Assembly (NCBI GenBank): GCA_027310185.1
Contig: DAIDBH010000019.1
Span: 128,807-192,806, forward strand
Source of the DNA: Thermoplasmatales archaeon
GTDB lineage: Archaea; Thermoplasmatota; Thermoplasmata; Thermoplasmatales; Thermoplasmataceae
Length of the DNA stretch: 64,000 bases
Direction: 5' to 3'
Shown: positions 60,013-64,000 of the stretch, piece by piece
How the letters are laid out: each line of letters starts with the position of its first letter
Position numbering within the stretch: position 1 is the first letter of the stretch
Notes under the pieces: model-generated
Databases searched by the model: none
Seen by the model: the letters and a program-made list of their open reading frames with translations, nothing else
What the model was told of the DNA's origin: nothing
Translations under genes and position numbers: made by a program

Positions 60013-60558
60013 GTGAACTATATAGAATTGATTATGTGGATCGCTGTTATGATTATTACAGCTTTTTCCATGGAAGCTGTTGCATATGCTCTGCATAAAT
60101 ATGTGATGCATGGTATTGGTTGGTACTTTCATGAAAGTCATCATAGGCCTCCAGGTACTAAAAAGGGGTTACTTGAGAAAAACGATGTTTATTCAATTGG
60201 TTTTGCCATTGTTGCTGTTATACTAATCTTCAAGGGCATATTGAATCTTAGCATGCCCTACTTCTGGATTGGCATGGGATTGACCTTATATGGTGCAGGT
60301 TATGCAATATTCCACGATGTCATATTTCATCAGAGAATAAGGGTGAAGAGACCGAAGTCCATAGGGTATCTAAACAGGATTATAGCTGCTCATGAAATAC
60401 ATCACAGATACAGCAGGGGAAAGAAGGGGTACAGTTATGGTTTCCTTTACGCCTCCAAATTTTACTCCCAGCCAGACATCGTGAAGAACTTTGGCAGTTA
60501 CATAAAGGAGAGGGAGGTGAAGAAGGTTGATCCCAGTTATAAACCCAAGGTTGAGTAG
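60013..60558 (+). CDS. crtZ: Beta-carotene hydroxylase
   Basis: ME..A...HKYVMHG.GW..H.SHH, EKND, HD..FHQR, AH..HH and YGFLYA. Confidence 0.93.
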   Translation: MNYIELIMWIAVMIITAFSMEAVAYALHKYVMHGIGWYFHESHHRPPGTKKGLLEKNDVYSIGFAIVAVILIFKGILNLSMPYFWIGMGLTLYGAGYAIFHDVIFHQRIRVKRPKSIGYLNRIIAAHEIHHRYSRGKKGYSYGFLYASKFYSQPDIVKNFGSYIKEREVKKVDPSYKPKVE

Positions 60559-62068
60559 GGTTGCAATTATTGGTTCTGGAATATCGGGACTGGCCACAAG
60601 TATACTCCTTTCCAGGAAGGGATATGATGTACATGTATTCGAGAAGAATTCCAATGCTGGAGGGGCAGCCTCCAAACTGAAGATTGAAGGATACACCTTT
60701 GACATGGGACCATCATGGGTGATGATGCCAGAGATATTTAGATGGTTCTTCAGAGAATGTGGAACTGATCTTGAGAAGGAGCTGGACCTTGTAAGGCTAG
60801 ATCCTCAGTATAAGATCTTTTTCCAGTCAAGAGAACCTGTTACAATTCCCTCTGGATATGAAAATATAAGAGAGGTATTCGCTGGTCTTGAGGAAAATGG
60901 AGGTGAAAAACTGGACAGCTTCATGGAGGAATCCAGAAAGAAATATGCACTATCAAAGAAAGACATCCTTTGGAACTCCTACGATCATGGCAGTGATCTC
61001 TTAAGGTTGATTGGAAAGGTAAGATCGGAGAAGATCCCACTGTTTGAATCATTCCATAAACATGTGAGCAGGTTCTTCTCAAATCCTGATGCACAGAAGA
61101 TCCTTGAATATACCACAGTGTTTCTTGGTGGTTCACCATTCATAGTACCAAGCATTTATGACCTGATGGTCTCTGTTGATTTTGACGCCGGCATATGGTA
61201 CCCAATGGGTGGAATTTCGAGGATTGTGGACTCGCTTCACGATATTGCTTTGCAAAATAACGTGAAATTCCATTTTAACAGTGAGGTTAAAGGGATAAGA
61301 GTACAGGGAAACACAGCCAATTCAATTGTTACAGAAGAAGGGGTAATTGACACAGACTATGTTGTTTCATCGGGAAGCTATGCTCATACAGAGGAAAACC
61401 TTCTGGAGTGGAAATACAGAACGTATACTGAAAGATACTGGAACAGGAAAGTTATTGCACCCTCCGTCCTGATGATTTATCTTGGTGTAAGGGGAAAGAT
61501 AGACAGACTGGAACACCACAACCTATTCCTGATAGACAACTGGGCTAAGCATTATGATGATATTTACACAAATCACGTGTGGCCGGAGGATTTCTCATTT
61601 TATGTCTCAATGACAAGCAGGACTGATCCGACCGTGGCCCCTGAGGGAAATGAGAATCTTGTGGTTCTCATACCCATATCAGCAGGATTAAAGACAACGC
61701 CTGAGATTCAGGAGAAATACCTGAATGCAGTAGTTGAAAAGTTGAAGTCACAGGCAAATGTTGACATATCGGGCAGGATTGAGGTCAGGTCATTTTTCGG
61801 TCCTGAAGATTTTGAGAAGAGGTACAATGCCTTCAAGGGAACTGCATTTGGCATTGCTCATACCTTAAGGCAGACTGCAATGTTCAGGCCAAAGAACAGG
61901 AGCAGGAAGGTTAGGAACCTATTTTATGCTGGCCAGTACACAAATCCAGGCATAGGCATGCCAATGGTGATCATTTCAGCATCCATCGTGTCCAACTGCC
62001 TGAGGAGCTTGAACATGGGGGTGAATGTTTCTGAATTCCGACTACGAACAGAAGAACAGATTCAATAG
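60527..62068 (+). CDS. crtI: Phytoene desaturase
   Basis: IGSGISGL FAD motif, FDMGPS, YPMGG, and C-terminal NLFYAGQ.TNPG.G.PMV.IS. Confidence 0.93.
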   Translation: MIPVINPRLSRVAIIGSGISGLATSILLSRKGYDVHVFEKNSNAGGAASKLKIEGYTFDMGPSWVMMPEIFRWFFRECGTDLEKELDLVRLDPQYKIFFQSREPVTIPSGYENIREVFAGLEENGGEKLDSFMEESRKKYALSKKDILWNSYDHGSDLLRLIGKVRSEKIPLFESFHKHVSRFFSNPDAQKILEYTTVFLGGSPFIVPSIYDLMVSVDFDAGIWYPMGGISRIVDSLHDIALQNNVKFHFNSEVKGIRVQGNTANSIVTEEGVIDTDYVVSSGSYAHTEENLLEWKYRTYTERYWNRKVIAPSVLMIYLGVRGKIDRLEHHNLFLIDNWAKHYDDIYTNHVWPEDFSFYVSMTSRTDPTVAPEGNENLVVLIPISAGLKTTPEIQEKYLNAVVEKLKSQANVDISGRIEVRSFFGPEDFEKRYNAFKGTAFGIAHTLRQTAMFRPKNRSRKVRNLFYAGQYTNPGIGMPMVIISASIVSNCLRSLNMGVNVSEFRLRTEEQIQ

Positions 62069-62963
62069 GAAGATAAGGGAAATTTTCAGGAAAGGTAGCA
62101 GGACATACTATAACAGTTCAAGGAAATTCCCTGAAAAAATAAGGGAGGATGTGAGCATTCTTTATGCCTTTGTCAGGGTTGCTGATAATTATGTAGATGC
62201 AGTACCTCAGAAGAAGGATGAGTTCCTTAACTTCAAGGAAAAAACAATCAGGTGCTTACGCGGTGAGACTGTGGATGATGATATAATAACATCAATGGTG
62301 GAACTGTGCAGGAGAAAAGAGATCAATGAGGATTTTGTCCTGTCATTCCTGGAAAGCATGGAAAGTGACATGCACAAGTCTGTGTATTATACAGTGAAGG
62401 AAACAATTGACTACATGTATGGCTCTGCAGAGGTAATTGGATTGATGATGTCAAGGATTATGGATCTGGATTCCCAATCCCTCCACTATGCAAGATTACT
62501 GGGCAGGACAATGCAGTATATCAACTTCATAAGGGATCTTGATGAAGACCTGAAGCTGAATAGACAGTACCTTCCAGTGGATGATATGCATCAATTTGGC
62601 CTCGAGTCACTCCAATACGAATACGTGATAGGGAGAAAGGAAGAATTCAGATCGTTCATGAGGTTTGAAATAGATCGCTACCGGGAATGGATAGAGGTTG
62701 CAAGAGAAGGTTTTGGGCTAATTCCAAGGGATTGCAGGATACCGATCATGACTGCTACTGATATGTATCTATGGACGGCAAAGGTGATCTATGGCAATCC
62801 ATTCATAGTGTTCAAAAAGAAGGTGAAGCCGTTTAAGTTGAGAATTCTATTCTCCCTAATCAGGAACAAGATTACATCTTCAAGGAGATGCAGAATTCAA
62901 TTTAACGAGGAATCGTTCAGGTCAATGGAAGAGGAGTTTCTTTCCATCAAGAGAAGCTTTTAA
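62025..62963 (+). CDS. crtB: Phytoene synthase
   Basis: LYAFVRVADNYVD, YMYGSAEVIG and QYINFIRDLDED...RQYLP. Confidence 0.93.
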   Translation: MFLNSDYEQKNRFNRKIREIFRKGSRTYYNSSRKFPEKIREDVSILYAFVRVADNYVDAVPQKKDEFLNFKEKTIRCLRGETVDDDIITSMVELCRRKEINEDFVLSFLESMESDMHKSVYYTVKETIDYMYGSAEVIGLMMSRIMDLDSQSLHYARLLGRTMQYINFIRDLDEDLKLNRQYLPVDDMHQFGLESLQYEYVIGRKEEFRSFMRFEIDRYREWIEVAREGFGLIPRDCRIPIMTATDMYLWTAKVIYGNPFIVFKKKVKPFKLRILFSLIRNKITSSRRCRIQFNEESFRSMEEEFLSIKRSF

Positions 62964-63124
62964 TTTTATCATCAGAGCGGTCACCTTAATTATATTTTGA
63001 AAGTTATTTTTCAGAATTCATTTTCTAAAAGTCGGTTATATACCCAGTATCAAAAGTTGGGTCCCCCTGTTTTCATGCCAGTGAGTGATTTATTCACTTT
63101 ATAACAGTTCCTTTGGCGGGCAAT

Positions 63125-63835
63125 TTACTTATGGTTATTTTGGAATCCTGAGTATTTTCTGTAAAAGTATAGATATAAAGACAGGAGTGAAAAATTATAT
63201 ATGAAATCCTCCAGGGGAATTGTTGTAATCCTGCCATTCCAGTAGCTTGTTGTGAGAATTGTTTTCGTGAAATACTCAACCACCGGTATTGACGTTAAGA
63301 GATAGTTGACTATGAGGAAGGAAATAACTCCAAACCCCATATATATCCAGTAATTCCTTTCTGAAAATAAGTAAGAGCCTGAAGCAAGATCAATTAACAG
63401 GAATATAATGACAGAGATAAGAGCAAGAGTAAGATATTGGAATTTCAGTGACAGTAATGTAAAAATTATAGAAGCTATTAGCAATAGTAACTCGAACACA
63501 AATACAGTCTTTTTGTTGAAACGCTTGAATGGAACGTACTGGCTTATATATTCATATACAAAAAGGATTGCAAATGGAACTACAAGGAAGAACAGTATTT
63601 CTTCCACCGGTAGATCGACAATTCTAATGGGTAACACATATTTAGGATTGAAATACCAGTCCTTGCCTGTTACTATAATGTCCCAGAATATAAAGGGAAC
63701 GGCAACAGTAATAATGGCAGGGATGAAAGACCTATAATTTTTAAGAAATTTCACCGGACCTATTATGGATATTAACATGGGACCAATCAACACAAACAGG
63801 TCAATGACGAGATAATAAGGAAATATAAGACTCAT
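63125..63835 (-). CDS. crtY: Lycopene beta-cyclase (fused CrtYc/Yd type)
   Basis: Two lycopene-cyclase domains: WD...W.FN....P.EE..FF and IPLEDF.Y. Confidence 0.88.
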   Translation of the reverse strand: MSLIFPYYLVIDLFVLIGPMLISIIGPVKFLKNYRSFIPAIITVAVPFIFWDIIVTGKDWYFNPKYVLPIRIVDLPVEEILFFLVVPFAILFVYEYISQYVPFKRFNKKTVFVFELLLLIASIIFTLLSLKFQYLTLALISVIIFLLIDLASGSYLFSERNYWIYMGFGVISFLIVNYLLTSIPVVEYFTKTILTTSYWNGRITTIPLEDFIYNFSLLSLYLYFYRKYSGFQNNHK

Positions 63836-63861
63836 ATACAATGTGGTTTATTTATAAAGTT

Positions 63862-64000
63862 GGCTCATCACACTTTTGTGTGGGTTCCTGGATAAAGCTG
63901 TAAGTTGCCACACCTGAAGTATATGGCAGTCTTCAGGTGGTTCCTGTTCCTGTACCCGAATGCCATCCTTTCTATAAGTGCAATCCTTGAGTTGATTCCC
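63862..64000 (-). mobile_element. ISL3-family insertion sequence, 3' end (transposase C-terminus 63868-63999 plus terminal inverted repeat)
   Basis: Reverse strand reads GINSRIALIERMAFGYRNRNHLKTAIYFRCGNLQLYPGTHTKV*, an ISL3 C-terminal signature. The element end begins GGCTC at 63862. Confidence 0.85.

Overview
AT-rich archaeal chromosome segment. Gene content points to Thermoplasmatales (Cuniculiplasma/Thermoplasma-like): a TrmB regulator, a TRASH-domain cop cluster, a Thermoplasma-type mevalonate decarboxylase homolog and TATA-box promoters close to start codons. In order, the window holds a partial geranylgeranyl reductase-like gene, an alcohol dehydrogenase and tRNA-Cys(GCA). A ~5.4-kb decayed island follows, with toxin-antitoxin modules, pseudogenes and degenerate copies of the tRNA 3' end. 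Next come MFS, Ni/Co permease and GT2 genes, then a B12 acyl-CoA mutase operon whose active-site residues point to isobutyryl-CoA rather than methylmalonyl-CoA mutase. After hsp20 and a FUN14-like gene lies the most notable locus (17463-21661). It is a tightly coupled five-gene operon with three ESCRT-III/Snf7-like coiled-coil proteins, one ending in a MIM1-like motif, and two AAA ATPases, one Vps4-like and one split by a 1-bp frameshift. The rest includes a 14-blade YVTN surface protein, an Opp-type transporter with TrmB and a GH1 glycosidase, a copper resistance cluster, a DUF1015-serA-aminotransferase operon and an atypical Nramp. It ends with three tandem paralogs of unknown function, a DUF2075 nuclease-helicase, a crtZ-crtI-crtB/crtY carotenoid cluster and the end of an ISL3 element. 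All calls come from reading motifs by eye; no database searches were run.
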